A stretch of 64,000 nucleotides of DNA, taken from assembly GCF_963921235.1 (NCBI RefSeq), contig NC_086107.1, forward strand, positions 110,362,001 through 110,426,000. Direction: 5' to 3'. Within the stretch, counting starts at the first letter, position 1, and each line of letters begins with the position of its first letter. The translations under genes and the position numbers were made by a program. The notes below the pieces were generated by a model that searched no databases, was not told the origin of the DNA, and saw nothing but the letters and a program-made list of their open reading frames with translations. Of the stretch, positions 25,501-38,670 are shown in pieces. The DNA is from Mobula hypostoma. Lineage: Eukaryota.

Positions 25501-28261
25501 ATTGTCAGAGGGGTCAGTTAATGAAATTTAGACGCCAAGGCTGAATTGGAATAGCAAACTCTGGGCAGGAACTGTGCGGACATGCACCGAGAGACAGTGA
25601 ACTAAAAATTCAGTTGAGTGATCAAAACCAAAAAGGTGAAAAAAATGCACCATGTTACAAACCACCGAGGAGCTGCATTTCCGGGCAAGTGTCCTGTCTC
25701 AAGAATGCGGAGGAGGAGGAGGTACAGGAGCCTGCTGGTACACACTCAACATTTTAGGAACAGCTTCTTCCCCTCCGCTGTCAGATTTCTCACGATGAAC
25801 CAACCCATGAACGCTACCTAACAATTTTTGACAAAGTCACCGGAGGGAGACTGAAGCTAGTGGATACAGAAGTGATTTATTCTTGACCGGAAGGCTGTTC
25901 TGTTTGTTTTTTTTTTGTGCTGGAAGAGGGATTTGGGACTCAATGTGCCCGATCCATTTTGTTCATTTCTTTTTGTGTCAGATGAGAGATTGATCCATTT
26001 TGCTCAGTTTTTTTGTGCAGGAGGAACGATGTGCTGGTTCCGCTTTTGTGCGGGAAGGGAAAATTGTGGGGGGGGGAAGGTTGATATGACTGATTTTTAA
26101 TCTTTTTTTGCAGGAGGGAGGTGGAATTTTGGGGTTGATGATTTGCTGTTTTCTTTCCTTTCTTGGTTTTATGGCTACCCGGAGAATTAAAGAATTTCAG
26201 GGTTGTATACTTTGATAACAAATGAACCTTTAAACCTTTGTTTTATTCAACAAAAATGAGCAGCTGGCATCATATTGAGACCCTTTTGGAGGAAGAGGCC
26301 TGTTTGACTCAATGTCACATAACATTGAATTAATATCTATAGTTACAATGCATCTACAATGCTTCCTGTGAATTATATGTAATTTTCACACCTCCTTCTT
26401 CACACCCACACCCCAGACACCCAACTGAATGTTAATCAGCATTGTCTAGTTTTCAATTAACTGCTGTCTATAGTTATAGTTGTCTATAGTCTATGCTTGA
26501 AAACTATTTGTCTAGGGCTGCATTTTAAATTTAGTCTACAATCCAGATTCAGGTCTAAAGACTGGTTGGTTAAGTTAGTTACTGAAGTTAATATCTTGCA
26601 ATATAACCTAAATCCCTAACGATGATGATAGATCTTAAGAGGCAATGTGAGCAGCTGAAATTGAGAAACCTCCACATATGAGAAAATTCATGGGAAATGA
26701 GACCTGCAGATAAAAAACATTCACGGAGAAAGTGGGTTGGAAAATCACTTCCACACACAGTCTGATGCTGGGTGGTCCATTATTTTGTCTCTCGGTGTCT
26801 GAGTAAAAGCTGATTTTCATTTTTTTTTAAATTTAGAAACACAGTGCAGTGTGAGGGATTATTCTGGAGTTATGTGAATGTAACAAACATTAATTCAAAC
26901 AAGAACCAGTCTTCAGTTCTTATTGTAAATGTAAGTAAGTTCAGGAAGCTTGCAATTAGCCTTTTTTTTGTAAATTGCAGGCAGTAAATTGAAGTTAAAA
27001 GCACGGGCTAAGAGGTTGCATATACAAGAGTCAAAGGTTAAAACAATGGGATTGTGTTAATGGGCTTGCATCAAACCAAGCAACATGCCTATGTTATGAA
27101 CTCGCGCAAGTCTGCAGATGCTGGAAATCCAAAGCAACGCACACAAAATGCTGGAGGAGCTCAGCAGGCCAGGCAGTATCTATGGAAATGAATAAACAGT
27201 TAAAGTTTGGGCTGAGATCCTTCTTCAGGACTGAGTTATTAGATTAGATTATGAGGATACGCAGTCCTCTTTTATTGTCATTTAATAATGCATGCATTAA
27301 GAAATGATACAATGTTTCTCCAGAATGATATCACAGAAACAGCGCCGCAAACTTGCCAATGCAGCATCCTGGAAGCATCCGACCACAGTCCGACTCCAAG
27401 TCCGTCCGAAAAACTCTGAGCCTCCGACCAGCTCTCCGACACCGAGGACCGGGCACCATCTCTGCCGAGCTTGTTTGCACTATTGTGACTTGAGTGTAAG
27501 TTGGAAGACCAGACAGATGTTGTCACATAGTATATCAAATGTGGTCACAGGACTAGGCAGTGTTTGATTGCTCATGATATTTGTGTGCTCAGAGACAGCC
27601 CTGACAATGTTATTTTTGGGTGTCTGGAAGCTTTGCCCCCAGAAGCTTTTTGCACTATTTGTGTGAATTACTTTGTGACAAAGGTGGTGTTTGTCACTGT
27701 AGATATATAATTGAAAGGAAGCATTTTCAACCCATTGAAAGAAACGATGTTGTTGTAACTATTGAAATCACCTACTGTCACCATTGATCTTAAGCGTATA
27801 AAAATGTGATGTATCTTTGGGTTTGTGAGAGTGTCTCCAGTATGATGCCTGCTTCCTGTGCTGAATAAAGCCTTCTATATCACCAGCTTTAGTGTCTCAC
27901 CGGTACACAGTAAGTGGACCCACAGTAAGAGGCCCTTTCGGCCCAGTGAGCCTGCACTGTCTAATTACACTCATGTTGACCAACCAACCCGTGCATCTTT
28001 GAAATGTGGGAGGAAACCAGAGCACCCAGAGGAAACCCACATGGTCACAGGGAGAACGTACAAACTTCTTGTAGGGAGTGGCAGGAACTCAGAGGCTGGT
28101 TTAGGTCAACTTCAGGAGGCATTTCAGAGTTAACAATGGTGTGACTGAAGTCAAACATAGACCGGACTGGGCAAGGGTAGCAGATAGTCTCTCTTGAAGG
28201 CATTGGTAAACCTAGTAGGTTTTTATGGTAATTGTGTACTTATTTTGTGATCATTATTCCT

Positions 28262-28329
28262 AGTGGCCACTTTATTAGGTTCCTCCAACACCTAATACCT
28301 CTAGCACCTAATAAAGTGGCCACTGAGTA
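28262..28329. mobile_element. Tc1 TIR-derived mini-hairpin (MITE-like)
   Basis: Perfect 19-bp inverted repeat AGTGGCCACTTTATTAGGT (28262-28280) / ACCTAATAAAGTGGCCACT (28306-28324); same sequence as the Tc1 ends at 44486 and 45970. Confidence 0.8.
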
Positions 28330-30734
28330 CATCTACGGTCTTCCATTGCTTTAATTCCCCTCCCAAAATGTGTAGCAAGTGGAGGGTAGCAACATATCAT
28401 CATCATCATCATCATCATTATGTGCCATGTCATATGACATCATCATTATGCACCATGTTGATAATGTGGGCGATCATGATCTTTCCATGACTGCGATTGT
28501 TCTTGGCAAATTTTTCTACACAATTCTTCTGGGCAGTGTCTTTACAAGAGGGGTGATCCCCAGTCATTATCAATACTCTTCAGAGATTGTCTGCCTGGCG
28601 TCAATGGTCGCATAACCAGGACTTGTGATATGCGCCAGCTGCTCATACGACCGTCCACCACCTGCTCCAATGGCTTCACATGACCCTGATCAGGGGCTAA
28701 GTAGGTGCTACACCTTTCCCAAGGGTGACCTGCAGGCCAGCAGAGGGAGGGAGTTCCTTAGTAGCAATTGGTGGAGACGTATCTTCACCCCACCACCCAA
28801 GCAACATATAAATTATTTAAATAGGTTCAATTGCAGTCATTTACAGTCCATTAAGATTATTAAAAGAATGATCAGTCATATGGTTACATGATTATCACTA
28901 TGTGCAGCCTTTGTAAATTCCCAGTTGAATCAGGAAAGTTTCCCAGATGAGGTCAGGGTCTGCTGTGTGTGATTTCCAGGGCCAGTAGAGGGAAGATTCG
29001 GGCTTGGTTCGTGTGTGACTCTCCTTTGGACATCTTCATTGTGGTTGGGTCACATGGCTTCCAAAGGCCTAGCTTCATCAGCAGCCTTTCTCCCCCATAC
29101 TTCTGAGGTAAATTCATGATTAAAAAATTAAAAGTTGAATGAAATCAAACACACTGAGTGTTTTCCTACTGGTTGTTGATTGGAGCCTAGGCCTGGTGTT
29201 GCTTATGGGGAGGAGGCTGTTTTGGTAAATCTCACAAGACCCATGCCCAATGAGACAATGATGAAAGTAACACAAGCAAAATGCTGGAGGAACTCAGCAC
29301 CATCTGTGGAAATGAACAAACAGTTGACGTTTCGGGCCAAGACCCTTCATCAGGACAGGAGAGGAAGGGGGGAAGAAGAAGGGTCTCGTCCTGATACGTC
29401 GGCTGTTTATCCATCTCCACAGATGCTGCCTGACCTGCTGAGTTCCTCCTGCATTTTGTGTGGGTTGCTTTGGATTTCCAGCACCTGCAGACTTTTTTTG
29501 TGTTAACGATAAATGTAAGTTGTGGAAGGGCTTTGTATGTTTTCTCAATCCTCATTCTTTGATGGGACTTGTCCTTTGGTTTGGGCCTTTGTAGGGTTTC
29601 CCCAGAATCAGGTCCGTAGTTTTTTTCTGCTGTTGCTGCCACTGCAACCAGCCATTCTGCCTTCCTGTCTTTGGTAAGTGTCTCCCCCAAGTGGCCTGGC
29701 TGACATATGGCACCTCCAGTTATTATACACGATTAAACAAATTGGTGTTGGCATTGGTATTGGTTTATTGTTGTCATATGTACCAAGTTACAGGTCTTGC
29801 ATATAGTTGCATGCAGATCAATTAATTACACACTGTACTGAGGCAGAATAAGTTCATAAGATCATGTGTATTGTTGTCATCCAGCAACGTACATGAATAC
29901 AGGGAAACATAACAGTGTTTCTCAGGACCCAAGGTGCAAAACACAGCACAAGGCACATATAGCACATATAGTTATGATAGCAGAAATACATACATTCAGA
30001 AAAAAATAGCCCAAGTCTCTGAGTGTCACAGCCTATAGATTGATGGTGCATCGGATGTTGGCCTGGAGCCATGTCTCTGTAAGAACAAGCACGTAGCAGT
30101 TCCTCATCTCGTGCTAGTGCAGCTGCAGATGACCGCATTCCAACTTGTCTTCCAGTGAGTGGACACTGGAGGGCAGAACCCACAGGAGGGGCCAGCCCCC
30201 CCCGGCTCCGCCCGTCTCCCGCATTACCTCCACTGTCTCCTCCTCGCAAGGCCTGGTCCTCGCAACAACGCGTCGAGGCCACGCAGCTCCCCCACCGCCA
30301 GTCTCGCCAGTGAGACCAGTGAGCCCGGACTTGAAGGTTTCTACATTACCAATCTTCAACAGGGTCTTGTGATCACAAGAAAGACATCCAAGACGATCAC
30401 TTGCACCGCTTGTTGGACCGCGCACCACCTCTTACACCTTGGGTGGCCTATAGCAGGCAGCAACACGATACTCAACAAGTCCAGCTCCACCTCCATCGAG
30501 CGACTCGCCAATGGGACAGAACAGAGACCAAAAGCTACCGAAAAAGTGAAGGGCAGGTAAAAGATAATGTGCAAGGCCATAACGAAGTGGATTATGAGGT
30601 CAAGAGTCCATTTGATCATAGAAGAGATCTGTTAAAAGAGTACATGAGTGGAATAGAAGTTGTCCTTGAACTTGCCGGCATGTGCTTTGGGGCTTTTACA
30701 GTCGCCAGGAGACAGATGACGGAACAGGTGGGCT

Positions 30735-30750
30735 CCACCAGGGGGCAGTG
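30735..30750 (+). promoter_or_regulatory. CTCF consensus motif inside a repeat
   Basis: CCACCAGGGGGCAGTG. Confidence 0.45.
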
Positions 30751-31949
30751 TGGCATGGCGTCTGGGCTGGAGTCAGTGCTGCCCCCCAGTGTTTGCTCAG
30801 CAGAAGACAAGCTGTATTGTGGTCGATGGCAGATTTATGTGGCATTCATGGAATCAGGGTCTGGACGAAGGGTCTCGGCCTGAAACGTCGACTGCACCTC
30901 TCCCTAGAGATGCTGCCTGGCCTGCTGCGTTCACCAGCAACTTTGATGTGTGTTGTCTGGACTATATATATATATTTTTGCATGGTTGTATTTTACTGAT
31001 ATCCTGTATGTGCTTGCTATCTTGTATGTGCAAGGACTAGCCCTCAAGCAGGGGTGGGGTCAGGACAGAGGCATCAGATTCAGTGCACACCACTGGGGGC
31101 TGTGTGGAGTGCTGCCCCCCAGTGCTTGCTCAGCAGAAGACAAGCTGTATTATGGTTGACTGCAGATTTCTGTTTCATTAATGGCTCGGGTCTGTATTTT
31201 TTCATTGCGTGGCTGTTTTTAACTGATATCTTTATGTACTTGCTATCTTGCTATGTGCTATGTGTGCTTTGTGCTATGTATGACCGTTGGTACTGTGATT
31301 TTCTTCCTGGCCCCGGAGTAATTCTGTCTCTTTGGCTGTATTCATGGGTATTCTTGTATGGTTGAACGGCAATTAAAGTTGAATAGAATTGTATTGAACT
31401 TTGTATCTTCTGCCTGATGGGAGTGAGTTGAAGAGAACATTTCTGGGTTGGGTTCTTCCTCCTGCCAGTCTGGCTGAGTCATGACATATTGTACCTAGAT
31501 TAAAGATTTTGGTTTATTCCCCTCCACAGATGCCGCCAGACTTGCTGAGTTCCTCCAGCATTTTGCGTTGCTGCTCTGGATTTCCAGCGTCTGCAGAACC
31601 TCTTGTGCTTGTGAGTTATGACACTTTGTGCAAAACAGCTGCAGGCCCTAATGGCCAAAATCCCTGCAGACTAAGATTTTGCCAAAACATCTTCAGGGCA
31701 GCCTTTGACGCCAGCATGTTCCCGACACAGATCAGGCCCTGCTCCCTCTGCTGAATGCTTCCATTGTCTTCCGTGTCCCATCAGTTTGCAGAACTAAGAT
31801 TTTCACTGTATGATTTAGTTTTATAATTGAGTCAAATCAAGTTTGCCATTTAACATGCATACTGTCAAATGAGACAACGTTTCTCCAGACCAGGGTATAA
31901 AGCACAGTAGTGCACATAACACACATTTAACATATAATTATAATCCTGC

Positions 31950-32270
31950 TTGAGCTCTTGGTTTTCTTCTGCCGTCTCTTAAATTCAAACAATCTCCCCC
32001 AAAAGAGAATTGGCAGGTCAGCTATTTTGAACTCCGCTCCTAAACTGTGGAGTTCAACATCCAAAGTTATAAAGGATGCAGACTCAGTTCACACTTTTAA
32101 GCACCAGCTCAAACCCTACTTATATAACCTTGCACCTTATTGTCTTTTATTTACATATTTATTACTATTATTTTTTTCATGTTTGCACTTTATCCCATTG
32201 TAAAGCACTTTGAACTGTATCGTCTATATGAAAAGTGCTCTATAAATAAAGTTATTATTATTAATAATTA
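31950..32270 (+). mobile_element. L2-type LINE 3' end
   Basis: IGRSAILNSAPKLW...FKHQLKPYLY; (TTA)n tail; homologous to 37850-38150. Confidence 0.7.
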
Positions 32271-33324
32271 ACCAATACTAATACAACACAGGAACTGGTC
32301 CCTTGGCTCCAAGTCTGCGCCAAACACGATCCTAAATTTAACTAAGTCTCTCCTTCCTGAAATGAATGATACCCTCCCGTTCCCTGCATATTCATGTGCC
32401 TATCTAAAAGCCTCTTAAGCTGGCAAACATCAGAAATTGCTCATTGGCTTATTATCGTTAGTGGTTCAATTCAGTATCAGAGAATGTATACAGTATACAA
32501 CCTGAATTTCTTGCTCTTCACAGACACCCAGGAAACAGAAGAAAAACTCCAAAGAATGAATGACAGAAAAACATTAGAATCCCGAAGCCCACCCCCCTTC
32601 CACGCACAGGTAGTAGCAAAAGAATCGACCCCCCACCCCCACCATGCAAGCAAATAGCAGAGCCCCCAGAGAGACCTTGATCTAGAGTGCATCTCAACAC
32701 TTGGGTATCTCACTAGCGAGGGAGAGCGATATCACTTGTGCAGTAACGAGAGCGGGAGATCAGCAGCTCGCTACTTCGATGTGACAATCTTCCGCGTCGC
32801 TTCTCCGAGTCCCCCCCCGACTCGAGGACCGACGGGCTCTCACTCACCATCAAAAAGAGAAAGAGAGGGAGAGAGGATTGCTCGAGCGCAGGGGCCTTCC
32901 TCCGACAGCAGTGCACACTGCCTGCTGTCTCGATGTTCCAGTCTCCGCCACGCCTCAGTCAGTGACATCGGCTAGGGGCCGCATCCCGGAGGCGCGAGTC
33001 TTCCGGGCCGCACCTGGAGATATCGAAACGCCAGGCCGCATGGCGAGTCAGGGAACGAGAACCCAGTGCTCGTGGAGAACCGTAGTTTGAGCTGCAGCTG
33101 TAGATGGCGGACTCCGACAGGACCCCAGCCACCTTGAAGAGAAAAGAACGACCTGGGAGAAAAAAAAATGAACTGAAATGGTTAAAAGCTTTGGTTTGCC
33201 CTTCATCCCTACAGTCTATACTACCACATCAGAAGATTGAGGAAGTACAAAGGAGAGCGATAGCAGAATGCAGAATAAAGTGTTACACTTACAGAGAGGG
33301 TGCAGTTCAGGCAGATAATAAGCT

Positions 33325-34132
33325 GCAAATGTGAGGTTATCCACTTTGGTGGGAAGAACAGGAAGGCAGATTACTATCTGAATGGTGTCAAGTTAGGAAA
33401 AGGGGAAAGTACAACGAGATCTAGGTGTCCTTGTTCATCAGTCACTGAAAGTAAGCATGCAGGTACAGCAGGCAGTGAAGAAAGCTAATGGTATGCTGGC
33501 CTTCATAACAAGGGGAGTTGAGTATAGGAGCAAAGAGGTCCTTCTGCAGTTGTACAGGGCCCTGGTGAGACCACACCTGGAGTATTGTGTACAGTTTTGG
33601 TCTCCAAATTTGAGGAAGGACATTCTAGCTATTGAGGGAGTGCAGCGTAGGTTCACGAGGTTAATTCCCGGGATGGCGGGACTGTCATATGTTGAAAGAT
33701 TGGAGCGACTGGGCTTGTATACACTAGAATTTAGAAGGATGAGAGGGGATCTGATTGAAACATATAAGATTATTAAGGGATTGGACACGCTAGAGGCAGG
33801 AAACATGTTCCCGATGTTGGGGGAGTCCAGAACCAGAGGCCACGGTTTAAGAATAAGGGGTAGACAATTTAGAAAAGAGTTGAGGAAAAACTTTCTCACA
33901 CAGAGGGTTGTGGTTCTGTGGAATGCTCTGCCTCAGAAGGCAGTGGAGGCCAATTCTCTGGATTCTTTCAAAAAAGAGTTAGATAGAGCTCTTAAAGATA
34001 GCGGAGTGAAGGGATATGGGGAGAAGGCAGGAACAGGGTACTGATTGTGGATGATCAGCCATGATCACAGTGAATGGCGGTGCTGGCTCGAAGGGCCGAA
34101 TGGCCTACTCCTGCACCTATTGTCTATTGTCT
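33325..34132 (+). mobile_element. Young CR1 LINE 3' fragment
   Basis: ORF 33457-34044 is open for 195 aa and closely related to the 58.6-63.7 kb CR1s; (CTATTGT)n tail. Confidence 0.92.
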
Positions 34133-35226
34133 ACTCTTCACAGACATCCACGAAACAGAAAGAAAAAACCCAAAGAATGAATGATAGGAAAACGTTAGAA
34201 CCCCAGAAGCCTCCTCCCCACCCTCACGCACAAGCAGCAACCCCCCACCACCCCACCTGCCTCAGCAAAAAACATCAGACCCCCCCCCCAACAGCCATGC
34301 AAGCTGTAGCAAAGCCCCAGAAGAGACCATGACCTAGAGTCCATCAAAAAAAACACGGTTCATCCCAACGTGCCACAGTCTCTCTCTCTCTGCCACGGTG
34401 AGACCAATAGCTCGCTGTTTCGATGTTCCATTCTGCAGTTGCTTGAGCTCTTTGATTATGCTGGCTGCATTACTGAGACACTGAGCAGTATAGCGAGTGC
34501 CTGCGGAGGGGAGGCTGGTTCCCGTAATGTCCACAGCTGTCTTACGGTCACACGCAGAGCAGTTTCCATACCAAGCTGTGAGGTGACCTGTTACGGCCTG
34601 AAGGTTTCCAGCATTTTTCATTTTCATTTCGGACTTCCAGCACCTTTTTTCTTTGCTTTCTCTCTGCACCTGTGAGGCTTGGGTAGAAAGCCCAACTGTT
34701 CTGCTTTTCTAATGAACTTCTGAAGTCCACTGTAGTGCCGCGGTCGGAAGGACGCCGTTACAGCTTGGGGTGTTGGAGTTCAGAGTCAGTACGCCCCCTC
34801 CCCGGGGAATGCATGAGTTTCCTCCGGGCGCTCCAGTCTGCTCCCACAGTCCAAAGGCGTGTGAGTTAGTAGGGTAACTGATTGCTCTGCGATGAGGTGA
34901 GGTTAAATCGGGAGGAGAGGAGGATGCTGGGCGGCGCGACTCAAAGGCCCTGTTCCACGCTGAATCTTGAAGTAAGTAAGTAAGTAAATAACGTAGTTAC
35001 CAATCGTCTGGGACACAACTTTCAGTGAAACAGGCAAGGGCTTCACTCAAGCTCTCTGCCGCGGCCTTTCCTTGTCTGTGTATCCGGGTCTGTGGGAGAG
35101 TGAGTGTTAATTGTAATCACTACAGTCAATAGACTCCCCACACGATGAATCGATGAATCGTCGCCAGCAAGCTGTCTTCAGAGTTTATCTTCGGCAGAAT
35201 TCCCGGTCACTCCATCCCCTGTCCAC

Positions 35227-35244
35227 CAGCGCCCTCTGCTGGTT
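35227..35244 (-). promoter_or_regulatory. CTCF consensus motif
   Basis: Minus strand reads AACCAGCAGAGGGCGCTG, in non-repeat-looking sequence. Confidence 0.55.
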
Positions 35245-35319
35245 GTCTACGAGTCCGCCGGACAGCAGACCCTTCCTCCACGGATCTGGAGATCTGGAGC
35301 AACACAGCTTCTGCTGGAG

Positions 35320-35403
35320 TAGGGGGTTCCCAACCTTTTTTCTAATGCCATGGACCCCTACCATTAACGGAGGGGTCTGCAGACCCCAGGTTGGGAACCC
35401 CTG
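35320..35403. mobile_element. hAT/Charlie-type MITE
   Basis: TIRs (T)AGGGGGTTCCCAACCT / AGGTTGGGAACCCCTG; no clear TSD. Confidence 0.65.
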
Positions 35404-35675
35404 TTAAAGTCAGTGGGTCGAGCAGCACCCATGGGGGTGGGGGGGAGGGGAATTGAAAAGGAGTATATGGAGGAACAGGGCCTGAATCTGGGTTTCTATC
35501 TGAAGCGCCGACAACTCCAAAGAGTTACGGGTTAGTAGGTTACTGGGTCACATGAGTGTAACTGGGCGGCTTAGGCTGATTGAGCTTGAATTCTCTTTCC
35601 TCCAAGAGGACCCTAATCTTGCTGTAGGGTTTGGAGGCTTGCAGAGAAACATAGAAACACAGAAAATCTACAGCA

Positions 35676-36432
35676 TATAGTCATACTTTATTGATCCCAG
35701 GGGGAAATTGGTTTTCGTTACAGTTGCACCATAAATAATAAATAGTAATAGAACCATAAATAGCAAAATAGTAATATGTAAATTATGCCAGTAAATTATG
35801 AAATAAGTCCAGGACCAGCCTATTGGCTCAGGGTGTCTGACCCTCCAAGGGAGGAGTTGTAAAGTTTGATGGCCACAGGCAGGAATGACTTCCTATGACG
35901 CTCTGTGTTGCATCTCGGTGGAATGAGTCTCTGGCTGAATGTACTCCTGTGCCCACCCAGTACATTATGTAGTGGATGGGAGACATTGTCCAAGATGGCA
36001 TGCAACTTGGACAGCATCCTCTTTTCAGACACCACCGTCAGAGAGTCCAGTTCCATCCCCACAACATCACTGGCCTTACGAATGAGTTTGTTGATTCTGT
36101 TGGTGTCTGCTACCCTCAGCCTGCTGCCCCAGCACACAACAGCAAACGTGATAGCACTGGCCACCACAGACTCGTAGAACATCCTCAGCATCGTTCGGCA
36201 GATGTTAAAGGACCTCAGTCTCCTCAGGAAATAGAGACGGCTCTGACCCTTCTTGTAGGCAGCCTCAGTGTTCTTTGACCAGTCCAGTTTATTGTCAATT
36301 CGTATCCCCAGGTATTTGTAATCCTCCACCATGTCCACACTGACCCATTGGATGGAAACAGGGGTCAGCGGTACGTTAGCTCTACTCAGGTCTACCACCA
36401 GCTCCTTAGTCTTTTTCACATTAAGCTGCAGA
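35676..36432 (-). mobile_element. Young Rex1 LINE, 5'-truncated (sister copies 50256-50838 and tail-only about 21752-21870)
   Basis: Open frame LQLNVKKTKELVVD...YKYLG...KGQSRLYFLRRLRSFN...VVCWG; (CTATGA)n tail; inserted in the 3' tail of a CR1. Confidence 0.9.
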
Positions 36433-36945
36433 TTACAGGCCCTTCGGCCCACAATGCTGTGTCGGCCGTGTACCCTACTTGAGAAGCTGTCTAGAATTTC
36501 CCTACCGCATAGCCCTTCAGTTTTCTAAGCTCCATGTATCTGTCTAGCAGTCTCTTAAAATATCCCATTGTTTCTCCCTCTATCACCTTTGCTGGCAGTG
36601 CATTCCACGCACCCACCACTTTCTGTGTGAAAAACTTACCTCTAACATCCCCGTTGTACCTATTTCCTTAAAACTGTGCCCTCTTGTGTTAGCCATTTCA
36701 GCTCTGGGAAAAAGCCTCTGACTATCCGCACGATCAATGCCCCTCATCATCTTATACACCTCTATCAGGTCACCTCTCATCCTCCATCGCTCCAAGGAGA
36801 AAAGGCCGAGTTCACTCAACCTGTTCTCATAAGGCATGCTCTCCAATCCAGGCAACGTCTTTGTAAATCTCCTCTGCACTCTCTCTGTAATCCTTCCTGT
36901 AATGAGGCGACCAGAACTGAACATAGTACTCCAAGTGGGATCTAA
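36433..36945 (-). mobile_element. CR1 LINE 3' fragment
   Basis: ERVQRRFTKTLPGLE...RGDLIEVYK. Confidence 0.85.
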
Positions 36946-36959
36946 CATACCCCAATGAC

Positions 36960-37235
36960 CTGGAGAACTATGCTGGCTGGAGTCAGGGCTTTGTGCTTTG
37001 GCTCTTGGTAGGGTCACCCATGCCAAACAGGTCAAAGGGTGGAGGCCAGACTAAGAGAGGTCTACCGGTCCTCCAGGTTCGGGGGTTCAGCTCAGGGCTA
37101 ACAACCCTGACTGGTCAAACAAAATCGTTAAGGAAACAGCAATGAGGAATCCTTCCATATCTGAGTGGCCCCAGACCGACAGAGATGGAGGACATTTATT
37201 GCTGCCCTAAATGCCAGCGGCATAATGGGTCGTAA
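36960..37235 (+). mobile_element. Non-autonomous interspersed repeat, possibly RTE-related (copy at about 51980-52360, -)
   Basis: Two clearly homologous dispersed copies; the family assignment is tentative. Confidence 0.55.
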
Positions 37236-38454
37236 GCAGATAAAATATTTTAATACCTCCTTTCCCCACAGATGCTGCTCGATCCACTGAGTTCCTCCTG
37301 AAGATTGTGTGTTGCTCCCTCATCTGTACAGGCCACATCGTTCTGGCTGCCCCACTCTAGGAAGGATGCCGAGACTTTGGAGAGGGGGCAGGAGAGGTTT
37401 ACCGGGATGGTGCCTGGTTTAGAGGGTGTGTGCTATCACGCGAGGTTGGATAAACGAGGGCTGTTTTCTCTGGAGTGTCGGAGGCTGAGGGGAGATCTGG
37501 TAGAGGTTTATAAGAGTTTATTGAGGCATAGATAGAGTGGACAGAGACTATCTGTTTCCCAGGGTTGAAGTGTCTAATATCAGAGGGGATGTATTGAAGG
37601 TGAGAGAAGGTAGTGTCAGAGGGGATGTGAAGGGTAAGTAGTTTGCCCTGCCTGGTGTAGTGATAGAGGCAAATACATTAGAGGTTTTTAAGAGACATTT
37701 GGATAGGCACATGGATGTAAGGAAGATGGAGGGATAGGGACATGGCATAGGTAGGTGGGATTAGTGTTCGGGTGTTTTAGATTTGCTTTACAGCTGGCTT
37801 GGTACAACATCGCAGGCTGAATGGCCTGTCCCTGTGCTGTTCCATGTTAATAATAATAACTTCACTTATCGGGCACTTTTCATACAGACAATGTAGTTCA
37901 AAGTGCTTTACAATGCGATTAAAGTACAAATATGAAAGATAAAAGAATAATAATAATAAATATGTAAATAAACGACAAAAAGAGCTTAGTTAAAAACAAA
38001 GTTAAATAAATAGGTTTTGAGAGGGCATTTAAAAGTGTCAACTAAGTTTGTATCCCTTAGACTTTTAGGTGTACAATTCCACAGTTTAGGAGCGTCATTC
38101 AAAAAAGCTGACCTGACAATTATCCTTTGAGGGAGATTGTTTAAATTTAAGGGAGTGGTGGAAGAAGACCTGAGAACTCGAGCAGGATTATAAAATGAAA
38201 GCGATTCTGTGATTTACTCTGATCCCAGATCATTGAAAACTTTAAAAACAAGTAAGAGAACTTTAAAACAAATTCTAAAAGATACAGGGAACCAATGCAG
38301 AGTATTTAGGATGGGAGGAGTGATACGTTCCCTCATCCTGGTTTTAGTTACAAATCTAGCAGCAGCATTCTGAATGAGTTGAAGTTTGTCAATAGATTGC
38401 TTTGGAAGGCCAGTAAAAGGTGCATTTGCAGTAACCTAGTCTATTCGATATAAA

Positions 38455-38670
38455 CGCAAACAACAGGAATTCTGCAGATGCTGGAAATTCAAGCAACACA
38501 CATGAAAGTTGCTGGTGAACGCAGCAGGCCAGGCAGCATCTCTAGGAAGAGGTACAGTTGACGTACCTCTTCAGTCCTGACGAAGGGTCTCGGCCTGAAA
38601 CGTCGACTGCGCCTCTTCCTATAGATGCTGCCTGGCCTGCTGCGTTCACCAGCAACTTTGATGTGTGTTG
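38455..38670. mobile_element. Penelope-like-element-derived fold-back insertion
   Basis: Two inverted arms (CAACACACAT.AAAGTTGCTGGTGAACGCAGCAGGCCAGGCAGCATC and its reverse complement); 14-bp TSD CTATTCGATATAAA at 38441-38454 and 38671-38684. Confidence 0.85.
38572..38609 (+). ncRNA. Minimal type I hammerhead ribozyme motif
   Basis: CAGTC-CTGACGA-AGGGTCTCGGCCT-GAAAC-GTC-GACTG: helix I CAGTC/GACTG, core CUGANGA and GAAA, GUC cleavage triplet, palindromic ACGU helix III. Confidence 0.75.

Noticed and set aside
30690..31400. Local direct repeat as a segmental duplication
   Set aside because: Adjacent diverged copies of a dispersed repeat family that is also seen near 9.0-9.8, 10.9-11.2 and 29.8-30.3 kb.
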